A stretch of DNA of 64,000 nucleotides from Myxococcota bacterium (GCA_040386535.1 JAZKFH010000003.1:96001-160000); one strand, 5' to 3'. Positions 49,311 through 60,389 are shown, numbered from the stretch's first letter. The notes: generated by a model from the letters alone, not told the origin. Made by a program: numbers and translations.

Positions 49311-49583
49311 TTACTTGGCGCGGAGACCCAGTCGGGCCACCACACTGTCGTAGCGCGTCCGGTCGATGCCCTTGAGGTACCGGAGGAGGCGGCGACGCTG
49401 GCCGACCATCTTCAGGAGGCCGCGACGCGAGTGGTGGTCCTTCGCGTGGTCCTTGAAGTGGGGCTGGAGGTAGTTGATGCGCTCGGTGAGCAGCGCGACC
49501 TGGACTTCGGGGGATCCAGCGTCGACTTCGTTGATGCGGAACTGCGCGATGATCTCGGTCTTGCGCTCGTCGGTCATGGCCAT
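49311..49583 (-). CDS. rpsO: 30S ribosomal protein S15
   Basis: [14 protein letters not shown] and [23 protein letters not shown] motifs; AAGGAG SD. Confidence 0.98.
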   Translation of the reverse strand: MAMTDERKTEIIAQFRINEVDAGSPEVQVALLTERINYLQPHFKDHAKDHHSRRGLLKMVGQRRRLLRYLKGIDRTRYDSVVARLGLRAK

Positions 49584-49702
49584 GTCGATTTCTCCTTGGA
49601 TACGTCACCGCGGCCGGGTGGGCATGGCCTGACACGGTTCGCCGGTTGGCCGGCAAGTGGTCGTGTCATCCCGCCCGGTTGCAGTGATCGGGTTCGCGGC
49701 GG

Positions 49703-49731
49703 CAAGTAGCCCATTGGATACGCCGCGTCAA
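49703..49731 (-). promoter_or_regulatory. Putative sigma70-type promoter of rpsO-pnp
   Basis: Minus strand TTGACG, 17-nt spacer, TACTTG. Confidence 0.6.
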
Positions 49732-49801
49732 GGGTTCGCGGGTACGAGCCGTCCGTACGCACGCGGCCGCGCCGGGCGACGACAACCGGGGGCACATCGG
49801 C

Positions 49802-50482
49802 CTATCCCTCGTCCCGCGTCAGGTCGGGCCGCAGCGCCGCGGTGCGCGCGCGCGCCTGCTCCTTGCGCCACGCGTCGACCCGCCCGTGGTTGCCGGAGAG
49901 CAGGATGTCGGGCACGAGCCAACCTCGGTGCTCGCGGGGCCGCGTGTAATGCGGGTACTCGAGGGTGCCGGCCGCCGAGAAGGACTCGTCGGTGGCGCTC
50001 GTGGCGTTTCCGAGCACGCCCGGGAGGAGCCGCGCGGTCGCATCGACCACGACGAGCGCCGCGTACTCCCCGCCGGTGAGCACGTAGTCACCGATGGAGA
50101 CGGTCTCGTCCACGAGGTGCTCACGCACGCGCGCGTCGATGCCTTCGTAGTGGCCACACACCAGCACGAGGTGCGGGAGCGTTGCGAATCGCTCCGCCAT
50201 GCGCTGGTCGAAGCGTGTGCCCGACGGCTCGAACAGCACCACGTGGCTGTCGGGGCGGCGCACGGCGGCGATCGCGGGATCCAGCACGTCCACCCGCATC
50301 ACCATGCCGCTACCCCCGCCGAAGGGAGCATCGTCCACCGTGCGGTGGCGCCCGATGCCGTGGGCGCGGATGTCGTGCACGCCGAGCTCGACGTGGCCGG
50401 CGTCCAACGCGCGGCCGATCATCGAATGCCGCAGCGGCCCTTCCACCATGTCGGGGAAGAGCGTCAACACGTCGAACCGCAT
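49802..50482 (-). CDS. trmD: tRNA (guanine37-N1)-methyltransferase
   Basis: MRFDVLTLFP, VDDAPFGGGSGM, CGHYEGIDARV, SIGDYVLTGGE and LEYPHYTRP motifs. Confidence 0.98.
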   Translation of the reverse strand: MRFDVLTLFPDMVEGPLRHSMIGRALDAGHVELGVHDIRAHGIGRHRTVDDAPFGGGSGMVMRVDVLDPAIAAVRRPDSHVVLFEPSGTRFDQRMAERFATLPHLVLVCGHYEGIDARVREHLVDETVSIGDYVLTGGEYAALVVVDATARLLPGVLGNATSATDESFSAAGTLEYPHYTRPREHRGWLVPDILLSGNHGRVDAWRKEQARARTAALRPDLTRDEG

Positions 50483-50991
50483 CACTCGCCCGTGCTCAGA
50501 GCCCCGACGGCGATGACGACGCGGCGCCCGGGTACGTCGACCGAGCGGACGTTCTCCGGCGAGGCGACGACGAACCCCTCCCCCGCGGTGGTGTCGAGCA
50601 CCCACACGTCCCGCTCCTGACCGGTCACCACGTCGGCGATTGTGCCGAGCGCGGCGCCCTCCTCGTCGAAGACGGGCAGGTCGATCAGATCGTGGATGTA
50701 GTACTCACCCTCGGCGGGGGGCGGGAGCACGGCGCGATCGACGACGATCGCCCAGCCCATCAGGCCGGCGGCGGCTTCGGGCGTGGTGACCCCTTCGATC
50801 TTCGCCAGCACGCGCTTGCCGGCGCCCGGGCGGGCGACGACCTTCACGTCCTTCCGTACGCCGGCCGGAGAGACCAGCGTGACGGTGCGGGCGCTGAACA
50901 ACGTCTCGCCCTCACGATGGTGCAGCATCACGCGCACCTCGCCATGGACGCCGAAGACGCCATTGACCTCGCCGAGGACGACCTCGTCCAG
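50482..50991 (-). CDS. rimM: Ribosome maturation factor RimM (probable CTG start)
   Basis: LGEVNGVFGVHGEVRV N-terminal motif, EGEYYIHDLI and PRC barrel; located between khpA and trmD. Confidence 0.9.
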   Translation of the reverse strand: MDEVVLGEVNGVFGVHGEVRVMLHHREGETLFSARTVTLVSPAGVRKDVKVVARPGAGKRVLAKIEGVTTPEAAAGLMGWAIVVDRAVLPPPAEGEYYIHDLIDLPVFDEEGAALGTIADVVTGQERDVWVLDTTAGEGFVVASPENVRSVDVPGRRVVIAVGALSTGE

Positions 50992-50994
50992 GGG

Positions 50995-51246
50995 TTACTC
51001 TTCGCCGCTGGAAGAGGCGCCGGGTGCGATCAGCTCGAGGACCGCCTTGCGGCGACCCGCGGCCGCGGAGAGGACCGTGCGGATCGCCCGCAACGTGTCA
51101 CCTTCCGGACCGTTGACACGAGCCACGTCCTCGGGCGCCACCGACAGCTCGATGAGCACGGAGGCCTCGCCTTCGACCGTATTCAACCGCACCGCGTCAG
51201 GCTTGCTGACGAGGCCACGGACGAGGTGGTCGACGACGGCCTTCAC
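50995..51246 (-). CDS. khpA: KH-domain RNA-binding protein KhpA
   Basis: [12 protein letters not shown]...[24 protein letters not shown]; located between rpsP and rimM. Confidence 0.88.
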   Translation of the reverse strand: MKAVVDHLVRGLVSKPDAVRLNTVEGEASVLIELSVAPEDVARVNGPEGDTLRAIRTVLSAAAGRRKAVLELIAPGASSSGEE

Positions 51247-51506
51247 GCCTGGCTCTCGACCGGGGGCGCTGCGGCGCGGGCCTTCTTGAGCAGGCTGCCG
51301 ACGGTCTCGGAGGGCTGGGCACCCTTCGAGAGCCAGTAGTCGGCGCGCGCGAGGTCGATGTTGACCACGGGGGGCTCGACCATCGGGTTGTAGTGCCCGA
51401 TCGACTCGATGCTGCGGCCATCGCGAGGGGAGCGGGAGTCAGAGACGACGACGCGGTAGAAGGGCTTCTTCTTGGCGCCGAGACGGGTAAGGCGAATGCG
51501 GACCAT
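51243..51506 (-). CDS. rpsP: 30S ribosomal protein S16
   Basis: [30 protein letters not shown] and [12 protein letters not shown] motifs. Confidence 0.98.
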   Translation of the reverse strand: MVRIRLTRLGAKKKPFYRVVVSDSRSPRDGRSIESIGHYNPMVEPPVVNIDLARADYWLSKGAQPSETVGSLLKKARAAAPPVESQA

Positions 51507-51534
51507 TCAATCTTCCTGGGCTTGCGAGCCCGGG

Positions 51535-51563
51535 CCTTTATGGCCTCGGCACGTCGGCGTCAA
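51535..51563 (-). promoter_or_regulatory. Putative sigma70-type promoter of the rpsP operon
   Basis: Minus strand TTGACG, 17-nt spacer, TAAAGG. Confidence 0.6.
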
Positions 51564-51641
51564 GCGCCTCGTGCCCTTCGGGCGGTGTTCTGTGGGTTCG
51601 ACGAGCGCCGTGGGCGCGCCCTCTCCCCCACCCGGGCGAAA

Positions 51642-53198
<1,557 letters not shown>

Positions 53199-53291
53199 AC
53201 GCACCTCCCTTCGGGAGCGCCCATGTAGCACGCGCACACGCTTGTGGTTCGGTCAGGGTGGCGGTACCGTGACGCGGTCGTAGGAGACCCC

Positions 53292-56267
53292 ATGCGCAGC
53301 CCCTTCCTGTTCCTCGTCCTCTTGACCGGATGTTCCGGCCCGTCCGACAAGGACGACACCGCCGCGGGCGGGGACGACACGGCGGACACGGACGACGTCG
53401 TGTACGACCAGGGCTGCATCACGGTCGACGGCGGGGGCGGCTACGCGCACATCAACGACGCGATCACCGTCGCGCCGGAGGGCGCCGTCATCGCGCTCTG
53501 TGACGGCACGTACGAGGAGGCCGTCATCATCGACAAGGCCGTGACCTTGCGCGGCGCGTCGGCCGCCGGCACGCTCCTCAACGGCCCCGGCGCCGACATC
53601 CCGCTCACGATCACGGCCACCGGCGTCACCGTCGAGAACCTCGTGATCACGTCCGCGCGCACCGGCGTCGATCTCAAGAGCGGCTCCGAGGCCACGCTCT
53701 CGATGATCACCGTCGCCGAGTCCGGCAGCTGGGGCGTCTCCGCCACCAACGCCACCGCGGTCATCACCGGCCTCACCGTCGTCGAGCCCGCCGCGGGCGG
53801 CGTGCAGGTGTCCGGCGGCACCGTCTCCATCGCCGACACGTCGCTCGAGTACCCCGGCGCCTTCGGCGTCGACATCACGGACGACGCCGTGGTGACCATC
53901 ACGGACACGACGATCACCGGCACCGTCATGCTGTCGGACGACGTGACGGACGGCTTCGCGGTGCAGATCGACGGCGGCACGCTGACGATGAGCGGCAGCA
54001 CGATCGCCGGTGCCGACGGGATGGGCATCTCGGCGACCGACGCGGACATCACCCTGGTCGACACGACGATCCAGGACGCGTTCTACATCGGGATCTACGG
54101 CGTCGAGTCGAGCTACGACCTCACCGGGGTCACCCTCTCCGGCAGCCAGGTGCAGGGCATCTACGCGGTCGGGTCCAGCTTCACGATGGCCTCGTCCACC
54201 GTGTCGGCGAGCGTCGACGAGTCGTGCAGCTACCCCTACGAGGACTGGAACGTCAGCCCCAACGGCCCGTGGTGCGGCGGCATGTTCGTCGTGACCGACA
54301 CCGCCACCCTCACCGACGTCGACGTGTCCGGGTGGAACAACTACGGCTACATCCTGGTCCCGAATACGGCCGACCTCGCGACGATCTCCGTCACGGGCGG
54401 CACGATCGACAACGTGGGCCGGTGGGGCGCCTACCTCGCCTCCACCGAGGGCACGGTCACAGGGCTCACGGTCAGCAACCTCCGCGAGCCCGAGCTCACC
54501 AGCGACCTGCTCTGCGGCTACGTGGACCGCTCCACCGCCGTCCTCGCCGTGTCTTCCGAGCTCGAAGTGGACGGGCTCGTGGCGAAGGACAGCGCCGGAT
54601 GGGGCTTCACGTCCCTCCTGAGCGAGGCCACCATCACCAACTCGACCTTCGACGGGAACGGCTGCTACGGCTTCGCCAACTACCAGTCGACCGCGACCAT
54701 CAGCGGGTCGACGTTCACGAACGGCTCGAGCAACGGCGGCATCTACGAGCAGGAGGGCGTGCTGATCCTCGAGGGGAACACTTTCACCGCGAACAAGGCG
54801 GGCAGCTCCTACGAGTACGACTACGGCGACTACATCTACCGGAGCTCGTACAGCGGCGGCCAGGGGCAGGACATCTTCTCGTACAACACGGGCTCGCTCG
54901 TCATCACCGGCAACACCTTCTCCGGCGGGGACACGAGCCTCTACCTGAGCGGGGTGACCGAGTCCGAGATCAGCGGCAACACCTGGACCGACTACGAGAG
55001 CTACGTCCTCTTCACGACCGCCGCGGTGTCCCCTCCCCGCTTCACCGACAACGTGGTGGACGATGTCGTCGGTCCCGTCGTGCAGGTCTACTACGGCGAG
55101 GTCGAGGTCGAGAACGTGCAGGTCGGCACCACGCGGCTCTCCGCGTCCATCGACGTGAGCTACGAGTTCGACTACCCGAACGACGACGAGGACTTCGGCT
55201 CCAGCTACTCCAGCCAGAGCTCGTCGAGCGTGTTCTACGCCTACGGCTACTACTACGATGACGGCACCACGATCACCGAGGAGACCGCCGCGTTGAGCCT
55301 CCGTGACGTCACCGTCACGAGCGCGTACAGCTCCCTCATCTACGCCTCCGACGCGTCGCTCGACGTGGCGGGGCTCGAGGCCGGCACCGTCGGCGGCTCG
55401 CTGCTGAACGGGTACTGGTACGGCATCGCGCCGGACGTGGAGATCGACGGCCTCACCGCCGGCACGGTCGCCTCCTCCGGGGTGACGCTCTACAACTACC
55501 CCGTGAGCGACTTCGGCTCGGTCGTCCTGTCGGACCTCCAGGTCGACTCCGTGAGCGGAGACGGCGTGTCCGCGACCGCCATCGGCGACCTCACCGTGCG
55601 GAACTCGACCTTCGCCTCCGTGTCCGGCGCCGGCGTCTCCACGACCGCGCGGTCCTACGACTACTACTACGACTATGCCGACGACGGCACCTACCTGGGC
55701 ACCGTCTACGTCGACCTCGACGCGGCCACCGAGGTCACGATCGACGGCCTCACGCTCGGCTCCGCGGCCGGGAACGGCGTGTCCCTCTCCGGCGGCAGCG
55801 CCACGATCGCCGGGCTCGCCGCGACCGGGGTGAGCGGGAGCGGCATCGACGCGCAGGGCCTCACGACGCTGGCCGTGAGCGGCTCGACCATCACCGCGCC
55901 GGGCCGCGCCGGCGTCACCAGCACGGGCGCCTACTCGTACTACAGCTACGAGTCGAGCACCTACCTCCAGGCTGACGGGAACACGGCGGCCTCCATCACC
56001 GACACCACGGTGACGAACGCGGGCGGCAACGCCTACTCGTTCGACGGAGGCTCGGTGACGATGAGCGGCGCGTCGGGCTCCTCGACCACGTCGAGCGGCC
56101 TCTCGCTCGCCAACGTCACCGCGGACGTGCAGGAGAACACGTTCTCGGGGAACGCGGCGTACGGCATGACTTGCGACGACACCGTGCTCTCCGTGTGCGC
56201 CACGAACGACCTGTCGGGCAACACGATGGGGACGCAGCTCGGCTGCTCCGAGAGCTGCGCCGAGTAG
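53292..56267 (+). CDS. Large lipoprotein with parallel beta-helix repeats
   Basis: LLTGC lipobox; YAHINDAI...GTYEE..IDK pectin-lyase-type start; long S/T/G/Y-rich repeats. Confidence 0.85.
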   Translation: MRSPFLFLVLLTGCSGPSDKDDTAAGGDDTADTDDVVYDQGCITVDGGGGYAHINDAITVAPEGAVIALCDGTYEEAVIIDKAVTLRGASAAGTLLNGPGADIPLTITATGVTVENLVITSARTGVDLKSGSEATLSMITVAESGSWGVSATNATAVITGLTVVEPAAGGVQVSGGTVSIADTSLEYPGAFGVDITDDAVVTITDTTITGTVMLSDDVTDGFAVQIDGGTLTMSGSTIAGADGMGISATDADITLVDTTIQDAFYIGIYGVESSYDLTGVTLSGSQVQGIYAVGSSFTMASSTVSASVDESCSYPYEDWNVSPNGPWCGGMFVVTDTATLTDVDVSGWNNYGYILVPNTADLATISVTGGTIDNVGRWGAYLASTEGTVTGLTVSNLREPELTSDLLCGYVDRSTAVLAVSSELEVDGLVAKDSAGWGFTSLLSEATITNSTFDGNGCYGFANYQSTATISGSTFTNGSSNGGIYEQEGVLILEGNTFTANKAGSSYEYDYGDYIYRSSYSGGQGQDIFSYNTGSLVITGNTFSGGDTSLYLSGVTESEISGNTWTDYESYVLFTTAAVSPPRFTDNVVDDVVGPVVQVYYGEVEVENVQVGTTRLSASIDVSYEFDYPNDDEDFGSSYSSQSSSSVFYAYGYYYDDGTTITEETAALSLRDVTVTSAYSSLIYASDASLDVAGLEAGTVGGSLLNGYWYGIAPDVEIDGLTAGTVASSGVTLYNYPVSDFGSVVLSDLQVDSVSGDGVSATAIGDLTVRNSTFASVSGAGVSTTARSYDYYYDYADDGTYLGTVYVDLDAATEVTIDGLTLGSAAGNGVSLSGGSATIAGLAATGVSGSGIDAQGLTTLAVSGSTITAPGRAGVTSTGAYSYYSYESSTYLQADGNTAASITDTTVTNAGGNAYSFDGGSVTMSGASGSSTTSSGLSLANVTADVQENTFSGNAAYGMTCDDTVLSVCATNDLSGNTMGTQLGCSESCAE

Positions 56268-56333
56268 GTCCCGGCCGCCGTCCACGGTCCGCGGGCGCGC
56301 CTCCCTCCGACGAGGAGGTGCGCCCGCGCTCGT

Positions 56334-57383
56334 TCAGGGCACCGTCTCGCTCCAGCCCTCCGCCGTCAACGCGAGGGGCCCCTCGGCCTGCCACCAGCCG
56401 CCGGTCGCGCGCGTCTGGCCGTCCACGCGCCACTCGAGCGCCACGTCCGGGGCCTTGCCGGCACCGGTGATGGTGCGGTCCGGGCGCCCCATCGCGAGCA
56501 CCCCGACCGGGGCGCGGCGGGCCGCGAAGCCGGCGTCGGGTGGGGCGAGCGCGCTCGGCACCGGGATGCTCGCGGCGAGCGGTCGGAGGCCGGCGGGGGG
56601 GACGGCTCCGGGGGGCGCCTCGATCTGGACCGGGACCGGATCGAGCACCAGCCGCGCGTTCCCGGCGGTCACGACGAACGGGCCCAGCGGCGCGGCGCAC
56701 GGCCCCTCGGCGCGCAGGTCGACCGCGAGGCGGCGCGTGGTGCGGCCGGCCTCGGCGTGATCGTCCTGCACGATGCGTTGGAGCCGGAGGCACCCGGGGT
56801 CGGCGCCCGAGCGCTCGATCGAGAGCTCCGCGGTGGGCAGCGCCGAGAGGGTGAATTCGAGCGTGTACCGACTCCCGACGAACACGGCGCCGTCGGGCCC
56901 GGTCACGGTCGCCTCCAACGCCTGCGCGGGGAGGATGCCGGCGAAGGCGGCGTGCGCGAGGGCCGGGGCGAAGTCGGGATCGGCGGCGGCCTCCAGGGCC
57001 GAACGCGCGCCGAGCGACAGGGCCTTCTGCAGATCCGACGCGGCCTCTGGAAGCCGGCCGGCGCGGACGCGGTAGGCGGCGCGGTTGTACCAGCCCACCC
57101 CGATCGACGGATCGGCGTGGACCAGCTCCGAGAGCTGCGCGTCGGCGGCGTCGAGCTGCCCGGCGTCCGCGAGGGCCTTGGCTTCCCAGAGGCGGAGCGC
57201 GACGCTGCCAGAATCCTGGGACCGGGCCGCGGCGAAGGCCTTCACCGCGTCTTCCGGGCGGCCCTTCTCCAGGGCATTGCGCCCGTCGTCGTAGGCGTCG
57301 AGGGACGCCGAGAAGGGCGCGAGCGCGGGATCGTCGCAGCCGGCGAGCAGGGCGAGGGCGAGCAGGGTGGTAGGACGTGTCAC
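56334..57383 (-). CDS. TPR-containing lipoprotein
   Basis: LLAGC lipobox; TPR-like WYNRAAY...EAASDLQKAL...AAADPDF; beta-rich C-terminus. GTG overlaps the pgeF stop. Confidence 0.75.
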   Translation of the reverse strand: MTRPTTLLALALLAGCDDPALAPFSASLDAYDDGRNALEKGRPEDAVKAFAAARSQDSGSVALRLWEAKALADAGQLDAADAQLSELVHADPSIGVGWYNRAAYRVRAGRLPEAASDLQKALSLGARSALEAAADPDFAPALAHAAFAGILPAQALEATVTGPDGAVFVGSRYTLEFTLSALPTAELSIERSGADPGCLRLQRIVQDDHAEAGRTTRRLAVDLRAEGPCAAPLGPFVVTAGNARLVLDPVPVQIEAPPGAVPPAGLRPLAASIPVPSALAPPDAGFAARRAPVGVLAMGRPDRTITGAGKAPDVALEWRVDGQTRATGGWWQAEGPLALTAEGWSETVP

Positions 57384-58036
57384 AGGCGGATGGCCCCCAC
57401 CTGGCGACCGCCCGCCGCGCCGTCGCGACGGTAGGACCAGAACCCGCTCCCACAGCGCGTGCACAGCTGCAAGCGGTCGACGGTGACCCCCTCGGCGCGA
57501 AGGATGGCGGCGTTGGCCTCCCCCAGGTCGACGTTCCTCTCCCCCGCCCGCCACGATACGCCGGGCGCCACGCGCGCGACGGCGTCGATCACCTCGTCCC
57601 CGACCTCGTAGCAGGCGCCGCAGATGCACGGGCCGACCGCCGCCCGAACGTCCCCGGGCCGGCACCCCGCCGCGTCACACAGCGCCAGGAGCGCGGTGCG
57701 GGCGATGTCCGCGGCGGTGCCGCGCCAACCGGCGTGGATCGCGGCCACGCCACCGGGCGCCGCCAGCAGGATGGGCACACAGTCGGCCACCCGGACGGCG
57801 ACGACGGCGCCGGGCACGGTAGACACGATCGCGTCGGCCTCGACGGCCGGGCTCGCCTCCTGCACCCGCACCACCCGCGCACCGTGGACTTGCGACACCA
57901 CCCGCACCGGCCCCGCCCCCCCGAGCGCGGCGAGGAGGCGCGCCGCCGCCGCTCCGTCGCCACCGGGGCGATGGTCGCCGTCGGCGGTTCCCGTGAAGGC
58001 GTGGGGAACGGAGGAAAGCAGGACACTCGCGAGCAT
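57380..58036 (-). CDS. pgeF: PgeF/YfiH-family (purine nucleoside phosphorylase/laccase-like) protein
   Basis: QVHG, EADA, VADCVPILL, IHAGWRG, GPCICGACYEVG and CT...FWSYRR motifs. Confidence 0.93.
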   Translation of the reverse strand: MLASVLLSSVPHAFTGTADGDHRPGGDGAAAARLLAALGGAGPVRVVSQVHGARVVRVQEASPAVEADAIVSTVPGAVVAVRVADCVPILLAAPGGVAAIHAGWRGTAADIARTALLALCDAAGCRPGDVRAAVGPCICGACYEVGDEVIDAVARVAPGVSWRAGERNVDLGEANAAILRAEGVTVDRLQLCTRCGSGFWSYRRDGAAGGRQVGAIRL

Positions 58037-58096
58037 GCCGCCAACGTGACCTCCCCCGGCATGCAGAGCAAGGTCGCTTGGTGGTACGCTTCGCCC

Positions 58097-59665
58097 ATGC
58101 TCTTGATCGTTTCCGGCTTGATGACGGGGTGTACCGGGAGCTCGGGCGCCAACTACACGCTCCACTTGAACCCCGTGGTCGCCTCGTTGCAGACCCCGTT
58201 CGAGGGGCTCGACCGGATCGACCTAGTGTTGACGCCTGCCGACGGAACGCCCCTGAAGGTCCCGATGGACGCACCGACGTCGGGCTCCACGCCCGAGGTC
58301 ACGGGCCTGCCCGCACTCGAGGGCACCCGCATCAGCGTCGAGGGGTTCAAGGGCGGCGAGCTCATCCTCCGCGGGATGACCGAGCCGTTGACCGCCTCCT
58401 CTGGCGTCGTCGAAGCCGACGTGTTCGTCGCCTCCACGGAGAAGACCGCGTGGCTCGGTCCGCTCACGGGCGGGCTGTACCGCCCGATGCTGGTGGCGCT
58501 CGGCGAGGGTCGGTTCTGGCTCGCCGGCGGGCTCACGAATGACCTGAACGACGCGCCGGTGAAGGGCCAGAAGGCGATGTACACCCTCACCCTGGCGCCG
58601 CCGGACGAGGGGCTCGCGTTCACGACGCTCGGAGACCTCCCGGAGTACGAGACGAACGACGGGGCGATGGAGACCGCGCGCATCGGCGCCGGCTACACGA
58701 TGTTGACCGCGAGCGGCGCCGACCAGGGCAAGATCCTCGTGACCGGCGGGGCGCCGAAGGATCCCCTCGGAGATCAGGGGGAGGCCAGCAGCGCGGCCTC
58801 CCTCTACGACCCGTCGACCGACACGTGGGAGGACATCCCGGCGATGTCGAGCCTCGTGAATGCGCGCGTCCAGCACCTCGTGGGCGAGAACCTCCTCGGC
58901 AACGTGGTCCTCTGGGGCGGCTACGGCGCGCAGAACGGGCCCGGCAGCGTCAAGCTCAACAACACCCTGGAGTACTACGACCGCGCGGAACGCAAGTTCA
59001 CGGATACGGACGTGAGAACGATCGGCCCGCTGGACGCGTTCATGGCCGACATCGGCGAGAGCGGGACGCTGCTCTGCGGCGGCGCCGACGTGGCCGAGGC
59101 CTCGTGGTCGAGCTCGGACGCGTGCGTGCGCGTGAAGCTCGACGGCAGCGTAGAGGCGGCCGCGGACCTCCCCGAGGGCCTCGCGGGCGCCGCGGTGGTG
59201 AAGCTCGCGGACGGCAGCCTCCTCGCGACGGGCGGCGCCGCCGTGCCGGCGTCCGCGCCGGTGAGCACCATCAGCGACGTCTCGGCGTCGTCGTCCGCGT
59301 GGCTCTACAACCCGACGAACGAGAGCTGGGGTGGCCTCTCCGCCAGGATGTCGGTGGGCCGCGCAGGCCATGAGATGGTGCTCCTGGCCGACGGACGCGT
59401 GTTGATCGTCGGTGGGGCGAAGTCCTACAACAGCAACTACGCCGCGACCGACTCCGTCACGTGCCTCGAGATCTACGACCCGGTCGACGGCAGCTTCGAA
59501 GCGGTGGACGAGTGCGAGGACGGCGACGACGCCGGCGGCCTGTACAGCGGGGCCTACGTGCCGCGGGTGGCGTACGATCCCGACTACGGCGTGTTGATCG
59601 TCGGGGGCGTCGGGGCGGACGGCTCCGCAAGCAAGGGCGTGTCCCTGTTCGTGCCCGAGCTCTAG
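58097..59665 (+). CDS. Kelch/galactose-oxidase-like beta-propeller lipoprotein
   Basis: LMTGC lipobox; repeats such as GKILVTGG...LYDPSTDTW and LADGRVLIVGG...EIYDP. Start 58097 or 58061. Confidence 0.82.
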   Translation: MLLIVSGLMTGCTGSSGANYTLHLNPVVASLQTPFEGLDRIDLVLTPADGTPLKVPMDAPTSGSTPEVTGLPALEGTRISVEGFKGGELILRGMTEPLTASSGVVEADVFVASTEKTAWLGPLTGGLYRPMLVALGEGRFWLAGGLTNDLNDAPVKGQKAMYTLTLAPPDEGLAFTTLGDLPEYETNDGAMETARIGAGYTMLTASGADQGKILVTGGAPKDPLGDQGEASSAASLYDPSTDTWEDIPAMSSLVNARVQHLVGENLLGNVVLWGGYGAQNGPGSVKLNNTLEYYDRAERKFTDTDVRTIGPLDAFMADIGESGTLLCGGADVAEASWSSSDACVRVKLDGSVEAAADLPEGLAGAAVVKLADGSLLATGGAAVPASAPVSTISDVSASSSAWLYNPTNESWGGLSARMSVGRAGHEMVLLADGRVLIVGGAKSYNSNYAATDSVTCLEIYDPVDGSFEAVDECEDGDDAGGLYSGAYVPRVAYDPDYGVLIVGGVGADGSASKGVSLFVPEL

Positions 59666-59677
59666 CGGACTCGGCCC

Positions 59678-60358
59678 CTACCCGACCAGCGCCTCGATCC
59701 AGGCGCGCCCGCGCGCGAGATCGGGCAGCAGCAGGTCGGGGCGCGAGGCGGCGAGCTCCTCCGTCGTCGCGAACCCCGTCTCCACGGCGACCGCCACGGC
59801 GCCGCCCGCGCGTGCGCACGCCACGTCGGCGGGGGTGTCCCCGATCACGATGACCCGCCGGTACTGGATCCCGGCGGCCTCGGCGCGGGCGCGCGCGACG
59901 GGCACGAGGCAGTTGCGGTCGGTGTGGTCGTCCCCGAACGCGCCGTCGATCCACCGGCCCCACAAGCCCACGGCGCCGAGCTTCAGGGCGGCGCCGGCGC
60001 GCCAGTTGCCGGTGAGGAGCGCGAGGTGGGCGCGGCCCTCGAGGGCGTCGAGCAGCTCGCGAACGCCCGGGCAGAGGGCCACGCGGTCGGGCTGCGCGAG
60101 CCGGACGACGAGGGCCTCCAGATAAGCCGCCCGCACGGCGTCGAGATCGAACGGCGGCGAGGAGACCCCGTCCCACGGGACGCCGAACCGCGCCGCCACG
60201 CCGCGCATGATCCCCCCGTCGGTGGCTCCGGCGAGCGAGATCCCCGCCATCGCGTCCGGCCACCCGAGCACGCGGAGGAACGCGTCGTCGAGGGCCTCCC
60301 TCCCGGCGCCCCGGGTGCGCAACAGGGTTCCGTCGATATCGAAGAGCAGGAGGTCCAC
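59678..60358 (-). CDS. HAD-superfamily hydrolase (phosphoglycolate phosphatase-like)
   Basis: LLFDIDGTL, LLTGN and VIGDTPADV motifs. Confidence 0.92.
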   Translation of the reverse strand: MDLLLFDIDGTLLRTRGAGREALDDAFLRVLGWPDAMAGISLAGATDGGIMRGVAARFGVPWDGVSSPPFDLDAVRAAYLEALVVRLAQPDRVALCPGVRELLDALEGRAHLALLTGNWRAGAALKLGAVGLWGRWIDGAFGDDHTDRNCLVPVARARAEAAGIQYRRVIVIGDTPADVACARAGGAVAVAVETGFATTEELAASRPDLLLPDLARGRAWIEALVG

Positions 60359-60389
60359 GGGTCGGCCTGTCCGGGGGTAGGATGAAGAG

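Noticed and set aside
49657..49801. Possible tRNA or SRP RNA in the trmD-rpsO gap
   Set aside because: No cloverleaf with D/T loops and no SRP domain IV motif could be built. The region is explained by the rpsO promoter and leader.
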